A DNA stretch of 43,430 nt, from NCBI GenBank assembly GCA_036787815.1, contig DAIQOP010000002.1, forward strand, positions 1 through 43,430. Reading direction: 5' to 3'. A program made the translations under genes and the position numbers. The notes under the pieces are model-generated. The model saw only the letters and a program-made list of their open reading frames with translations. It made no database searches and had not been told where the DNA came from. The first letter of the stretch is position 1. Every line of letters starts with the position of its first letter. Below, in pieces: positions 24,786 to 33,861 of the stretch. This stretch comes from Actinomycetota bacterium. GTDB taxonomy: Bacteria > Actinomycetota > Acidimicrobiia > IMCC26256 > PALSA-610.

Positions 24786-26033
24786 GTGCGGCTCGGGGAC
24801 ATCGCCAACGGGGATGCGGTGCCCTACGGGAAACCGCTCGACGGGGTGCGCGTGCTCGCGGCCGAGCAGATGCAGGCGCTGCCCTACGCGACCCAGATGC
24901 TCGCCCGCCTCGGAGCCGAGGTGGTGAAGGTCGAGCACCCGGTGCGCGGCGAGTCCGGCCGGGGCTCGACGCCCGCGATGAGCGACCCGGAGGGGCGCTC
25001 GGTCGGTGCCACCTACCTGCGCAACAACCTCGACAAGCGCAGCCTCGGCCTCGACCTCAAGTCGCCCGAGGGCCGCGGGCTCTTCCTCGACCTCGCGGCG
25101 AACTTCGACGTGGTGGCCGAGAACTTCAAGGCCGGGACCATGGACCGCATGGGCCTCGGCTACGACGTGATCTCGGCCCGCTACCCGCGCGTCGTCTACC
25201 TCTCGATCTCGGGATTCGGCAACGCGACCGACACCCCGTACCGCGACTGGCCCGCGTACGCGTCGATCGTCGAGGCGATGTCGGGGATCTACGAGTACAA
25301 GAGCGGACCGGACCGCCCACCGGTCACCATCCCGGTCGGCGCGCTGGGCGACATCTCGTCGGCCCTGTTCGCGATCATCGGTGTGCTCGCGGCGCTGCGG
25401 CACCGCGACCACACCGGCGTCGGCCAGTACGTCGACATCGCGATGCTCGACGCGATGGTCGCGATGACCGACGTGGTCACCAACTTCTGGTCGATGGGGG
25501 TGCGCCCCGAGCCCGGCAAGGGGCTCGAGGTGATCTGCGAGGGCTTCCGGGCATCCGACGGCTACGTCGTCGTGCAGGTCGTGCGTGAGCACCAGTTCGC
25601 CAAGCTCGCCGACCTGGTCGGGCGGCCGGAGTGGAAGGACGACCCCCGATTCGCGACGCGGGCCGGGTGGGCACCGCACCTCGAGACCGTGATCCGCCCC
25701 GGCGTCGAGGCGTGGACCTCGCAGCACACCAAGCTCGATGCCGCGCGGGCGTTCACGGCGGCCGGCATCGCGGCGGGCCCGAGCAACCGCGCTCCCGACG
25801 TGATCGCCGACCCGCACGTGGCCGCCCGGCACATGCTCGTCGAGGTTCCCCGCACCGACGGCGGCGATCCGGTGCTCGTGCCCGGCAACCCGGTGAAGCT
25901 CTCCAAGATGGCCGAGGGCCCCGAGACCCGGATGCCCTGGGTCGGCGAGCACACCGACACGGTGCTGCGCTCGGAGCTCGGACTCGACGACGAGACCCTC
26001 GGCCGACTCCGCGGCATGGGCGTCATCACCTGA
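24786..26033 (+). CDS. family III CoA-transferase (CaiB/BaiF type)
   Basis: 415 aa. PLDGVRVLAAEQMQALPYATQMLARLGAEVVKVE, and the ISGFG and NFKAGTMDRMGLGY motifs. Confidence 0.9.
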   Translation: MRLGDIANGDAVPYGKPLDGVRVLAAEQMQALPYATQMLARLGAEVVKVEHPVRGESGRGSTPAMSDPEGRSVGATYLRNNLDKRSLGLDLKSPEGRGLFLDLAANFDVVAENFKAGTMDRMGLGYDVISARYPRVVYLSISGFGNATDTPYRDWPAYASIVEAMSGIYEYKSGPDRPPVTIPVGALGDISSALFAIIGVLAALRHRDHTGVGQYVDIAMLDAMVAMTDVVTNFWSMGVRPEPGKGLEVICEGFRASDGYVVVQVVREHQFAKLADLVGRPEWKDDPRFATRAGWAPHLETVIRPGVEAWTSQHTKLDAARAFTAAGIAAGPSNRAPDVIADPHVAARHMLVEVPRTDGGDPVLVPGNPVKLSKMAEGPETRMPWVGEHTDTVLRSELGLDDETLGRLRGMGVIT

Positions 26034-26056
26034 GCGACCCGTAACATGGCGCCGCC

Positions 26057-26075
26057 ATCTGACGGACCGTCAGAT
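26057..26075. promoter_or_regulatory. perfect 9-1-9 palindrome ATCTGACGG-A-CCGTCAGAT, candidate operator
   Basis: Read directly. It lies in the 73-bp gap between the CoA-transferase stop and the ACAD start, 32 bp upstream of ATG 26107. Confidence 0.4.
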
Positions 26076-26106
26076 CAGAGGCCAACCACGGGCTCACGAG
26101 GGACAG

Positions 26107-27312
26107 ATGGACTTCGACTTCTCACCCGAGCAGCAGGCGTTCGCCGCCGATGTCGAGCGCTTCCTCGACGACAACGACGACCCGGACGTGTTCGACCTGA
26201 CCCGGGAGAACATGGCCCAGATCGTCGACACGCCGAAGCGGCGGGCGTTCATGCGCACCCTCGGCGAGCGGGGCTGGCTCGGGATGACCTGGCCGAAGGA
26301 GTACGGCGGCTCCGAGGGTGAAGGCGTCTACGAGTACCTGCTGAACGAGCAGCTCGCCGGCCGCGGCGGACCGCAGATCGGCAAGGGCGTCGGCATCATC
26401 GGCAAGACGCTCATCGCGCACGGGAACGACTTCCTCAAGGAGAAGTTCCTGCCGATGATCCTGCGCAACGAGGTGGAGTTCGCGGTCGGCTACAGCGAAC
26501 CCAACGCGGGATCCGACGCCGCGTCGATGCGCCTCAAGGCCGAGCGGGCCGAGCGCGACGGCAAGCCCGGTTGGGTCCTCAACGGCCAGAAGACCTGGAC
26601 GACCTCGGCCCACTTCGCCGAGTGGTACTGGCTCGGCACCCGCACCGACCCCGACGACAAGCACCGCGGGATCACGCTGATGCTGGTGCCGCTCGATCAA
26701 CCCGGAGTCGAGATCCGCGCGATCTGGACGATGGGCGACGAGCGCACGAACGAGGTCTTCATCGACGACGTGTTCGTCCCCGACGAGTACGTCGTCGGCG
26801 AGGTCGGCCGCGGCTTCCAGTACATCTCGCAGGCGCTCGATCTCGAGCGCTTCACGATGTTCACGATCTCCCCGATGCAGCAGCGCCTCGATCTCCTGTG
26901 CGACTACGTGCGCACCGAGACGCGCGACGGCAAGCCGTTGCGCGACGACCCGGTGATCCGCCAGCGGCTCGCCCGGCTCGTGACCGAGGCCGAGGTCGCG
27001 CGCGTGCTCGGCCTGCGCGTCGTCGACGCGTCGGTCAAGGCCGAGAAGATCGAGGGTGCGCCGCCGCCGACGGTCGAGTCGTCGCAGTACAAGTTGTTCG
27101 CGACGGAGCTCTCCCAGCGCATCGCCGACGCGGCGATGGACATCGCCGGCCCGGGCAGCCAGCTCCGGGTCAAGACCAAGGCCGCGCCGATGGAAGGCCG
27201 GTCCGAGTCGACGTACCGCTACACCGTGATCGACACGATCGGCGGCGGCTCGTCGGAGATCCAGAAGAACGTCATCGCCCGCCGTGGGCTCGGGCTCCCC
27301 AAGAACTTCTGA
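26107..27312 (+). CDS. acyl-CoA dehydrogenase
   Basis: 401 aa with ACAD N/M/C layout (GWLGMTWPKEYGG, YSEPNAGSDAASM, WTTSAH). The C-terminal motif reads TIGGGSSEIQKNVIA, so the usual YEGT Glu position is Gly. GAGGGA sits upstream of the ATG. Confidence 0.9.
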   Translation: MDFDFSPEQQAFAADVERFLDDNDDPDVFDLTRENMAQIVDTPKRRAFMRTLGERGWLGMTWPKEYGGSEGEGVYEYLLNEQLAGRGGPQIGKGVGIIGKTLIAHGNDFLKEKFLPMILRNEVEFAVGYSEPNAGSDAASMRLKAERAERDGKPGWVLNGQKTWTTSAHFAEWYWLGTRTDPDDKHRGITLMLVPLDQPGVEIRAIWTMGDERTNEVFIDDVFVPDEYVVGEVGRGFQYISQALDLERFTMFTISPMQQRLDLLCDYVRTETRDGKPLRDDPVIRQRLARLVTEAEVARVLGLRVVDASVKAEKIEGAPPPTVESSQYKLFATELSQRIADAAMDIAGPGSQLRVKTKAAPMEGRSESTYRYTVIDTIGGGSSEIQKNVIARRGLGLPKNF

Positions 27313-27328
27313 CCCCGTGCCCGAAGCC

Positions 27329-28483
27329 ATGCTCCACGGCATCACCGTGCTCGACCTGGCCAGTGTCGGTCCGGCCGCGCGTACCTCGCGTTGGCTCGCC
27401 GACTACGGCGCCGCGGTCGTGAAGGTCGGACCACCGCCGGGCCAGGGCGGGGTGCAGATCACCCCGCCGTTCTACGCGTACGGCGGCCACCGCGGGATGC
27501 GGCGCACGCTCCTCGACCTGAAGGCGCCGGCCGGAGTCGACGCGTTCCTGCGCCTCGCGACCGGAGCCGACGTGGTGATCGAGAGCTTCCGGCCCGGAGT
27601 GATGGATCGACTCGGGCTCGGCTATCCGGCGGTCAAAGCCGTGAACCCGCGCATCGTGTTCTGCTCGACCACGGGCTACGGGCAGGACGGCCCCCACGCG
27701 CAATGGGCCGGCCACGACCTCAACTACCTCGCGGCGGGCGGCTACCTCGACTGCTCCGGTCGCGACGCCGCCCACGGCCCGGCACTCCCCGGCGCCACGA
27801 TCGCCGACAGTGCGGGCGGCGGCATGCACGCGGCGATGGCGATCCTGGCCGCGTTGGTGCGTCGCGCCGCGACGGGCGAGGGTGCGTACCTCGACGTCTC
27901 GGTGGCCGACGGCGTGGTCGCGCTGATGTCGCTCGCGATCGACGAGTTCCTCGCGACGGGCGAGGTGCCGGGCCCGCGCCACGGCCTGCTCACCGGCCGG
28001 TACGCCTGCTACGACGTGTACGAATGCGCCGACGGGCGCTGGCTCTCCGTGGCGGCGATCGAGCCCCGTTTCTGGGCCAACCTCTGCCGCGCGCTCGGCT
28101 GCGAGCTCTGGATCGACCATCAGACCGACGACGACGCGCAGCCGGCCGTCCGCGAGGCGCTGCGCGCCGCGTTCGGAACCCGCGATCGCGACAGCTGGGT
28201 CGCGACGCTCGGGCCGGCTGACACGTGCGTTGCACCGGTCGCGTCGATCCCCGAAGTCGTCGCGGACCCGCACCTCCGGGCGCGCAACGTGTTCGTCGAG
28301 GCGCAGCGCACCGAGGGCGAGCCGTTCCGCCAGGTCGGTTGGGTGCTCGCGGGCATGGACCGCGCCCAGCCGGCGCCCGTCGTCGCAGACCCGGCGATGA
28401 CCGACACCGACGCGTTGCTGGTCGAAGCCGGTCTCGACCGGGCGACCATCGCCACCCTCCGTTCGGAAGGAGTCGTCGCGTGA
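27329..28483 (+). CDS. family III CoA-transferase, alpha-methylacyl-CoA racemase-like
   Basis: MLHGITVLDLASVGPAARTSRWLADYGAAVVKV..., ESFRPGVMDRLGLGY, GYGQDGP and GHDLNYLA. GTG at 27317 is an alternative start. Confidence 0.88.
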   Translation: MLHGITVLDLASVGPAARTSRWLADYGAAVVKVGPPPGQGGVQITPPFYAYGGHRGMRRTLLDLKAPAGVDAFLRLATGADVVIESFRPGVMDRLGLGYPAVKAVNPRIVFCSTTGYGQDGPHAQWAGHDLNYLAAGGYLDCSGRDAAHGPALPGATIADSAGGGMHAAMAILAALVRRAATGEGAYLDVSVADGVVALMSLAIDEFLATGEVPGPRHGLLTGRYACYDVYECADGRWLSVAAIEPRFWANLCRALGCELWIDHQTDDDAQPAVREALRAAFGTRDRDSWVATLGPADTCVAPVASIPEVVADPHLRARNVFVEAQRTEGEPFRQVGWVLAGMDRAQPAPVVADPAMTDTDALLVEAGLDRATIATLRSEGVVA

Positions 28484-29001
28484 GCACCGATACCGAGGTT
28501 CCCGCCGACGTCAAAGAATTGATCGGCGTCGTGCAGTACGAGGAACGCGGCGAGTTCCCGGTCGAGCGCGGCTACATCTGGACGTCGTGCGCGTCGGTCG
28601 AGAACGGCAATCCGCTGTTCTGGGACGACGCCGTCGCGGCCGAGCTCACCGGCGGCCCGATCGCACCGCCGACGATGTTGTCGGTGTGGTTCCGTCCGCA
28701 CAACTGGGCACCGGGACGCAGCGCGCCGGGGCTGCCGCTCCAGGTGCACTTCGACCTGAAGGCCCGCTTCGATCTCCCCGAAGCGATCATGAGCGACAAC
28801 ACGATCGTGTTTCACGAGCCCGTGCGCCTCGGCGACATCGTGACCAGCCGGCAGATCCTGCGTTCGGTGAGCGAACCCAAGACCACCAAGCTCGGCACCG
28901 GGCGGTTCTGGGTGATCGACGTCGAGTACCTCAACCAACGCGGCGAGCTCGTGGGCGTCGAGTCGTACACCGGCTTCGGATACCGGAGGAACGCGTCATG
29001 A
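28480..29001 (+). CDS. hotdog-fold protein, MaoC-dehydratase N-terminal-like (non-catalytic partner type)
   Basis: Tail of track ORF 28225..29001(+). GTG 28480 overlaps the upstream stop (GTGA) and is preceded by GGAAGGAG. 173 aa, with no hydratase Asp/His motif. Confidence 0.8.
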   Translation: MSTDTEVPADVKELIGVVQYEERGEFPVERGYIWTSCASVENGNPLFWDDAVAAELTGGPIAPPTMLSVWFRPHNWAPGRSAPGLPLQVHFDLKARFDLPEAIMSDNTIVFHEPVRLGDIVTSRQILRSVSEPKTTKLGTGRFWVIDVEYLNQRGELVGVESYTGFGYRRNAS

Positions 29002-29468
29002 CGAAGACGCTCACCGAGGTGGCCGTCGGCGACCGGATCCCCGATCTCGCGTACCCCGTCACCGCGACGACGGTGGTGCTCGGCGCGCTCGCGAGCCGCG
29101 ACTGGCGCCCGATGCACCACGACCACGACTTCGCGGTGCACCGCAACGGCACACGCGACATCTTCCTCAACACGCCCAACCAGGCGGCCTGGTTCGAGCG
29201 CTACCTCACCGACTGGTCGGGCCCGACCGGCCGGCTCGGCCGCATGAAGTTCCGCATGAAAGGTTCGGTGTTCCCCGGCGACGTCATGGTGCTGCGGGGC
29301 ACCGTCGACGAAGTGACGACCGACGAGACCGGCTGCGGGTGGGTTCGGCTTCGCGTGACCCTCGAGGTCGACGGCGACGTCAAGACCGAGTGCGCGGCCC
29401 GCATCGCGCTGCCCGTGTCCGCGACCGACAACCCGTGGGCGCGTCGCGGCGACGCCTGGAAACCCTGA
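28998..29468 (+). CDS. MaoC-like (R)-specific enoyl-CoA hydratase, hotdog fold
   Basis: Tail of track ORF 28587..29468(+). ATG 28998 overlaps the upstream stop (ATGA) and is preceded by GGAGGA. ASRDWRPMHHDHDFA fits the D-x-x-P-x-H hydratase 2 motif. Confidence 0.85.
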   Translation: MTKTLTEVAVGDRIPDLAYPVTATTVVLGALASRDWRPMHHDHDFAVHRNGTRDIFLNTPNQAAWFERYLTDWSGPTGRLGRMKFRMKGSVFPGDVMVLRGTVDEVTTDETGCGWVRLRVTLEVDGDVKTECAARIALPVSATDNPWARRGDAWKP

Positions 29469-29490
29469 GACGAAGCAGAGGATGTGAACG

Positions 29491-30618
29491 ATGGATCTCG
29501 ACCGCACTGAAGAGCAGGAGATGCTGCGCGAGATGGTGCGCGGCGTCTGCAGCTCGTACGCGCCGCTCGAGACGGTGCGCGCGCTCGAGGACGACCCGAT
29601 CGGGTACCCGCTCGAGCTCTGGAAGCAGCTCGGCGAGCTCGACCTCATCGGCCTGATGATCCCGCCCGAGTACGGCGGCTCGGGCATGACCGCGCTCGAG
29701 GGCGCGGTGGTCTACGAGGAGCTCGGTCGTGCGCTCACCCCGTCGCCACACTTCGTCAGCGCGGTGATGAGCGCGGGCGTGCTGCTCCGCGCCGGGAGCG
29801 ACGAGCAGAAGCAGGCGAGGTTGGCGAAGATCGCCTCGGGGGAGACGATCGTGTCGACGGCGTGGCTCGAGCCCGGCAACGGCTTCGGCCCCGCCGGCGT
29901 TGCGCTCACCGCCCGCGCCGACGGGAGCGACTACGTGCTCGACGGCACCAAGTGGCACGTGCCCTTCGCCCGCGCCGCGCACGAGCTGGTGGTGCTCGCC
30001 CGCACGACCGATGGCGTCGACCTGTTCCTCGTCGACCCGTCGAGCCCCGGCGTCACCCTCACGCAGCAGATGACCATCGCGTCGGACACGCAGTACGCGG
30101 TCGAGCTCAGCGGCGTGCGGGTCCCGGCCGCGAACCGCATCGGGCCGGCCGGAAGCGGCTGGGACACCTGGCACGCCACCATGCTCGAAGGCATCGTGCT
30201 CCTCGCCGCGCAGGCGATGGGCGGCGCCCGGTACGCGTTCGACATCACGGTGCAGTACGCGAAGGACCGGCACCAGTTCGACAAGCCGCTCGGCGCGTTC
30301 CAGGCGATCGCCCACTACCTGGCCGACGCGTCGGCGACCGTCGAGGGTGGCACGATCCTGGTGTACGAGGCGGCGTGGGCGAACGCGAACGACCGGCCGA
30401 TCGCGCGGTTGGCGCCGATGGCGAAGCTGTTCGCGTGCCGCACGTTCCGCGACGTGACGGCGATGGGCCAGCAGGTGTTCGGCGGGATCGGGTTCACGCT
30501 CGAATCCGACATCCAGCTCTACTTCCGCCGGGCGAAGCAGCTCCAGATCTCGTGGTTCGACGACCGCTACCTCGAGGAGCTCATCGCCGCCGACCGGCTC
30601 GACGCGCCCGTCGGGTGA
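29491..30618 (+). CDS. acyl-CoA dehydrogenase family protein (divergent C-terminus)
   Basis: 375 aa. ELDLIGLMIPPEYGGSG and RHQFDKPLGAFQAIAHYLADA. The C-terminus FGGIGFTLESDIQLYFRRAK lacks the YEGT-type motif, as in non-catalytic subunits of heteromeric ACADs (inference). Confidence 0.88.
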   Translation: MDLDRTEEQEMLREMVRGVCSSYAPLETVRALEDDPIGYPLELWKQLGELDLIGLMIPPEYGGSGMTALEGAVVYEELGRALTPSPHFVSAVMSAGVLLRAGSDEQKQARLAKIASGETIVSTAWLEPGNGFGPAGVALTARADGSDYVLDGTKWHVPFARAAHELVVLARTTDGVDLFLVDPSSPGVTLTQQMTIASDTQYAVELSGVRVPAANRIGPAGSGWDTWHATMLEGIVLLAAQAMGGARYAFDITVQYAKDRHQFDKPLGAFQAIAHYLADASATVEGGTILVYEAAWANANDRPIARLAPMAKLFACRTFRDVTAMGQQVFGGIGFTLESDIQLYFRRAKQLQISWFDDRYLEELIAADRLDAPVG

Positions 30619-30620
30619 CG

Positions 30621-30670
30621 CGCACGCGGGTGCGGACGCGAGTCGGCCCGGAGCGTTCGCCCCGGGCCGA
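30621..30670 (+). terminator. two consecutive GC-rich hairpins after the ACAD stop (no U-tract)
   Basis: CGCAC-GCGG-GTGCG (30621-30634). TCGGCCCGG (30643-30651) pairs with CCGGGCCGA (30662-30670), 9 bp with a 10-nt loop. The site lies in a convergent gap. Confidence 0.4.
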
Positions 30671-30784
30671 TCACGCGTGCCTACTGGAGTCGCTTCGCTG
30701 CTACCACTGGTAGGTGAGGCTGGGCTCGATCGCCGGGAGGTCCGTGTCGGTCGACTTCGAGTAGTCGCTGTTGTCGAGGGGGCG

Positions 30785-31693
30785 TCAGACCACGACGACG
30801 GTGGTGACGCGCGGGAGGCCGGTCGCGGCCCGGCTCCATCGCGCGTCGCCGGCTCTCATCCAGACCGCGCCCGACGCATCGGCCAGCGCGGCCTTGCCCC
30901 CGCCCGCCGTGAGGCAGTGCGTATCGACGTTGCCGTCGAGCCACTCCGGCAGACCCGATTCCACTCGCTCGAACCCGCGTTCCACGGCGTCGACCGGCGC
31001 GCGGTAGATCGCCGAACCGCTCGCGAACGGGCCGTCGGACACGCTGACGAGCACGTCGTCACCGTCGAACGCGATCGCGCGCGCGTACGTCGCGTGCAGG
31101 CCGTCGTCGACGACGTCGAAGTGCTGTCCACCGTCGCGGCTCACGCACACGCCGACGGCCGCGGCGGCCATGACCACGTCGCGCATCGTGGGGTGCGCGC
31201 GCACCTCGTGGACGTCGGCGCCGACGTCGATCGTCGGCCACCACGACGCACCGCCGTCGTCGGAACGGAGGATCCCGCCGACGTGCACGTTGGCGAGCAG
31301 CGCTTGCGTGCCCGCCGTCGCGCTCAAGGACCGGACGACCAGCGCCGTGCCGACCGCGTGCCACTCGTCGCGCCCCGGCACCGCGTCGAAGGCCGGCAAC
31401 GGCGTGAGCGCACCGTCGGTACCGAGTCGCAGCATCCGCGGGCCGACCGCTCCGGCAAACACGACGTCGTCGGCGGTCACGAGGCAGGTGAGCTCGAGGT
31501 CGGAGACGGCGAGGCCGCTCCACGTGCCGTCGGCCCCGTGCTGCCGGATCTCGTGCCGATCGACCACCGCGATCCAGGTGCCCTGCGGGCCGGGGCTGAG
31601 CGCCTCGACCCGGCGGCCCTCCAACGCGGTGCGTCGCTCACCAGACGACGTGAGGATGTGGTATCCGTCGACGGTTGCGACCAGTACGGCCAT
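30785..31693 (-). CDS. BNR/Asp-box repeat beta-propeller protein (sialidase-fold or Ycf48-like)
   Basis: 302 aa. Asp-box-like SxDxGxxW motifs RSDDGGASWW and SRDGGQHF, with repeated beta-strand periodicity. No signal peptide is seen. Confidence 0.75.
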   Translation of the reverse strand: MAVLVATVDGYHILTSSGERRTALEGRRVEALSPGPQGTWIAVVDRHEIRQHGADGTWSGLAVSDLELTCLVTADDVVFAGAVGPRMLRLGTDGALTPLPAFDAVPGRDEWHAVGTALVVRSLSATAGTQALLANVHVGGILRSDDGGASWWPTIDVGADVHEVRAHPTMRDVVMAAAAVGVCVSRDGGQHFDVVDDGLHATYARAIAFDGDDVLVSVSDGPFASGSAIYRAPVDAVERGFERVESGLPEWLDGNVDTHCLTAGGGKAALADASGAVWMRAGDARWSRAATGLPRVTTVVVV

Positions 31694-31776
31694 CGTGCGC
31701 TTGCTCCCCCGACCTCGCTCCCCGGGCGCGCTCCCCGGACGCGCTCCACCCTACGCTGCAACCTTCGTCACCCACG

Positions 31777-31798
31777 GTCCCGCGGGACCGCCGCGCCC
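31777..31798. repeat. 22-bp direct repeat copy 1 (GTCCCGCGGGACCGCCGCGCCC), embeds the 16-bp palindrome CGGTCCCGCGGGACCG
   Basis: Identical to 31909-31930. Confidence 0.9.
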
Positions 31799-31830
31799 GC
31801 GCGCCACTCGGAATCTCGCGAAACGCGATA

Positions 31831-31844
31831 GTTGCGCGCGCAAC
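31831..31844. promoter_or_regulatory. perfect 14-bp palindrome GTTGCGCGCGCAAC in a locally AT-richer core
   Basis: Read directly. It is flanked by TCGCG-AAA-CGCGA (31816-31828) and CGCGAA-N9-TTCGCG (31848-31868). Confidence 0.4.
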
Positions 31845-31908
31845 CAACGCGAACACGAGAAATTCGCGATACCTGCGGCGGGGCGAGCTCGCTCGGCGAA
31901 GGCACACA

Positions 31909-31930
31909 GTCCCGCGGGACCGCCGCGCCC
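31909..31930. repeat. 22-bp direct repeat copy 2 (GTCCCGCGGGACCGCCGCGCCC)
   Basis: Identical to 31777-31798, 132 bp away. Confidence 0.9.
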
Positions 31931-31966
31931 ACCGAGTCGGCACCGAGTATCGGCAGCGCGACCGAA

Positions 31967-32683
31967 TCAGGTGACGAGGGCGGCGCAGGCTTCGACGGCG
32001 GCGGCGGCCGCGGCTTCGGTGGCCCGCTGCGTGTCGTGCGCCAGCCGCTTCAGGACCGGGAGCTGGTCGGGGTGCTCCTCGAGGTACTTCGCGACATCGT
32101 CGGGATCCGCGCTGCCGTCGCGCTGGGTGAGCGCGAACAACTCGTCGCTGATGAGGCCCTCGCCCGCGAAGTCGCTGATGCCGCGGAACACCGACCAGGG
32201 AACGTCGGCGGCGTGGCACACCTCGGCGACCGCCGCGGTCTCCATGTCGACCGCGATCACACCCTGGGCGCCCATCCGGGCGAGCACGGCGGGGTCGGTG
32301 ATCAGGTCGTCGCCACAGCTCAGCGTTCCCTTCGGCGCGATCGCGCCGAGGAACGCCGGCCGGAACGAACCCGAAGCCCCGCGCCGCACGACCGCCTCGG
32401 GCACGACCACGTCACCGATGCTCAACACGTTCTGATCGACGCCACCGGCGATCCCGACCACCATCACATGGTCGACGTCGTGGTCGAGCATGCGCGTGGC
32501 CGCACTCGCGCCGTTCGCCATCCCGATGTTGGTGAGCATCGCGATCACCTCGACCCCGTCGCCGGTGAGACCGCGGTAGAGCGAACCGTCGCCCTCCATA
32601 CCGAGTCGGGCGACGACGGGCTGCAACTCGATCACCATCGGCGCGAGCACCCCGACCCGTACCGCCGCCGAACGCGGGCTCAT
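31967..32683 (-). CDS. nucleoside phosphorylase/nucleosidase family protein (MTA/SAH nucleosidase-like, PNP_UDP_1)
   Basis: C-terminal 238 codons of track ORF 31967..33991(-). VVGIAGGVD, AVDMETAAVAEV and FRGISDFAG match the MTAN-type motifs. The ATG overlaps the upstream stop by 1 nt (TGATG). Confidence 0.82.
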   Translation of the reverse strand: MSPRSAAVRVGVLAPMVIELQPVVARLGMEGDGSLYRGLTGDGVEVIAMLTNIGMANGASAATRMLDHDVDHVMVVGIAGGVDQNVLSIGDVVVPEAVVRRGASGSFRPAFLGAIAPKGTLSCGDDLITDPAVLARMGAQGVIAVDMETAAVAEVCHAADVPWSVFRGISDFAGEGLISDELFALTQRDGSADPDDVAKYLEEHPDQLPVLKRLAHDTQRATEAAAAAAVEACAALVT

Positions 32684-33861
32684 CACGCGACCGCGTCGTA
32701 ACACGCCTCGATGAGGCGGGAGCTGCGGACGTCGCCGGCGAGTCCGAGTTCCATCTTGCTCATCACGTAGCCGAAGCCGAACTCGGCGTCGGGGTCGGCC
32801 CAGCCCACCGAACCGCCGGCGCCGAAGTGGCCGAACGATTCCGGGCCACCGACCTGCACGAGCGTCGACGGAAGGAAGAACCCGAGACCGAACTGGATGT
32901 CGAGGCCCATCAGCACCGTGTTCGGGCCCTCGGTCTCCTGCGCCGACGCAATCTTCACGCGCTCCGGAGTGAGGAGGCGGATCCCGTCGACCTCGCCGAC
33001 ACAGGCCGCGTACATGCGCGCGAGCGAGCGCGCGTCGGACACTCCCGCCGCGGCCGGCACCTCGGCCGCGTGCACCGCACGCGTGTTCCAGATGCCGTCG
33101 CCGGAGAAGGCGCCGCCGCCACCGAGCGCCTTGCCCAGCACCGAGTCGGGACCCATGAGCGCGTCGATCGCGGCGCGGGCGTCGGCATCGAGATCGGCGG
33201 ACTCGAGACCTCCGGTGAGGCTGCCGACGAGCATCGCGACGCGCGACTCTTCCTCCTCCGGAAGACCGATCCAGAAGTCGAGGTCGAGGGGGTCGCCGAT
33301 CTCCTCGCGGAAGTATGTCCCGATCGAGCGGCCGGTGATGCGCCGGACGACCTCGCCGACCAGGTACCCGTACGTGATCGCGTGGTAGCCGTGCGCGGTG
33401 CCCGGCTCCCACGACGGCTTCTGCCGCTCGAGCGCGTGGATCATGGGCTCCCACGCCAGCGCCTGCTCGAGCGTGAGCGGCTCGTCGACCCACGCGAGGC
33501 CCGAGCGATGCGAGAGCAGGTAGCGCACGGGGATGTCCTGCTTGCCCTCCTGCGCGAACTCGGGCCAATAGCTCGCGACGGGCGCATCGACATCGAGCCG
33601 GCCCTCCTGCGCGAGCTTGTTCGCACAGATGGCCGTCGCACCCTTCGTCGTCGAGAACACGAGGATCATCGTGTCGCGCTCCCACGCCTTCCCGGTCTCC
33701 GGGTCGGCGATCCCGCCCCAGAGGTCGACCACGAGCCGACCCCGGTGGTACGCCGAGAACGCGGCACCGACCTCGAGCCCTTCGGCGAAGTTCCTCTCGA
33801 ACGCCGCGCGCACGCCCTCGAAGCCCGGCGCCGTGAATCCCTCGATCGCTGCACTCGTCAT
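32683..33861 (-). CDS. serine hydrolase, beta-lactamase (class C)/esterase family
   Basis: 392 aa. The S-x-x-K motif is in VFSTTKGATAICA, with overall EstB/AmpC-like length. No signal peptide. Confidence 0.88.
   Translation of the reverse strand: MTSAAIEGFTAPGFEGVRAAFERNFAEGLEVGAAFSAYHRGRLVVDLWGGIADPETGKAWERDTMILVFSTTKGATAICANKLAQEGRLDVDAPVASYWPEFAQEGKQDIPVRYLLSHRSGLAWVDEPLTLEQALAWEPMIHALERQKPSWEPGTAHGYHAITYGYLVGEVVRRITGRSIGTYFREEIGDPLDLDFWIGLPEEEESRVAMLVGSLTGGLESADLDADARAAIDALMGPDSVLGKALGGGGAFSGDGIWNTRAVHAAEVPAAAGVSDARSLARMYAACVGEVDGIRLLTPERVKIASAQETEGPNTVLMGLDIQFGLGFFLPSTLVQVGGPESFGHFGAGGSVGWADPDAEFGFGYVMSKMELGLAGDVRSSRLIEACYDAVA

Noticed and set aside
30671-30784. Possible tRNA or small RNA in the convergent gap (CCTACTGG...CCACTGGTAGG)
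   Set aside because: No cloverleaf can be drawn and there is no GGTTCGAATCC-type T-arm. I found no tRNA-like sequence anywhere in the window by eye. A tRNAscan-SE run would be the proper check.
31675-31974. 99-aa plus-strand ORF with a repeated TVPRDRRA peptide
   Set aside because: The peptide repeat is simply the translation of the 22-bp DNA direct repeat. The frame is Arg-rich, with no start context.
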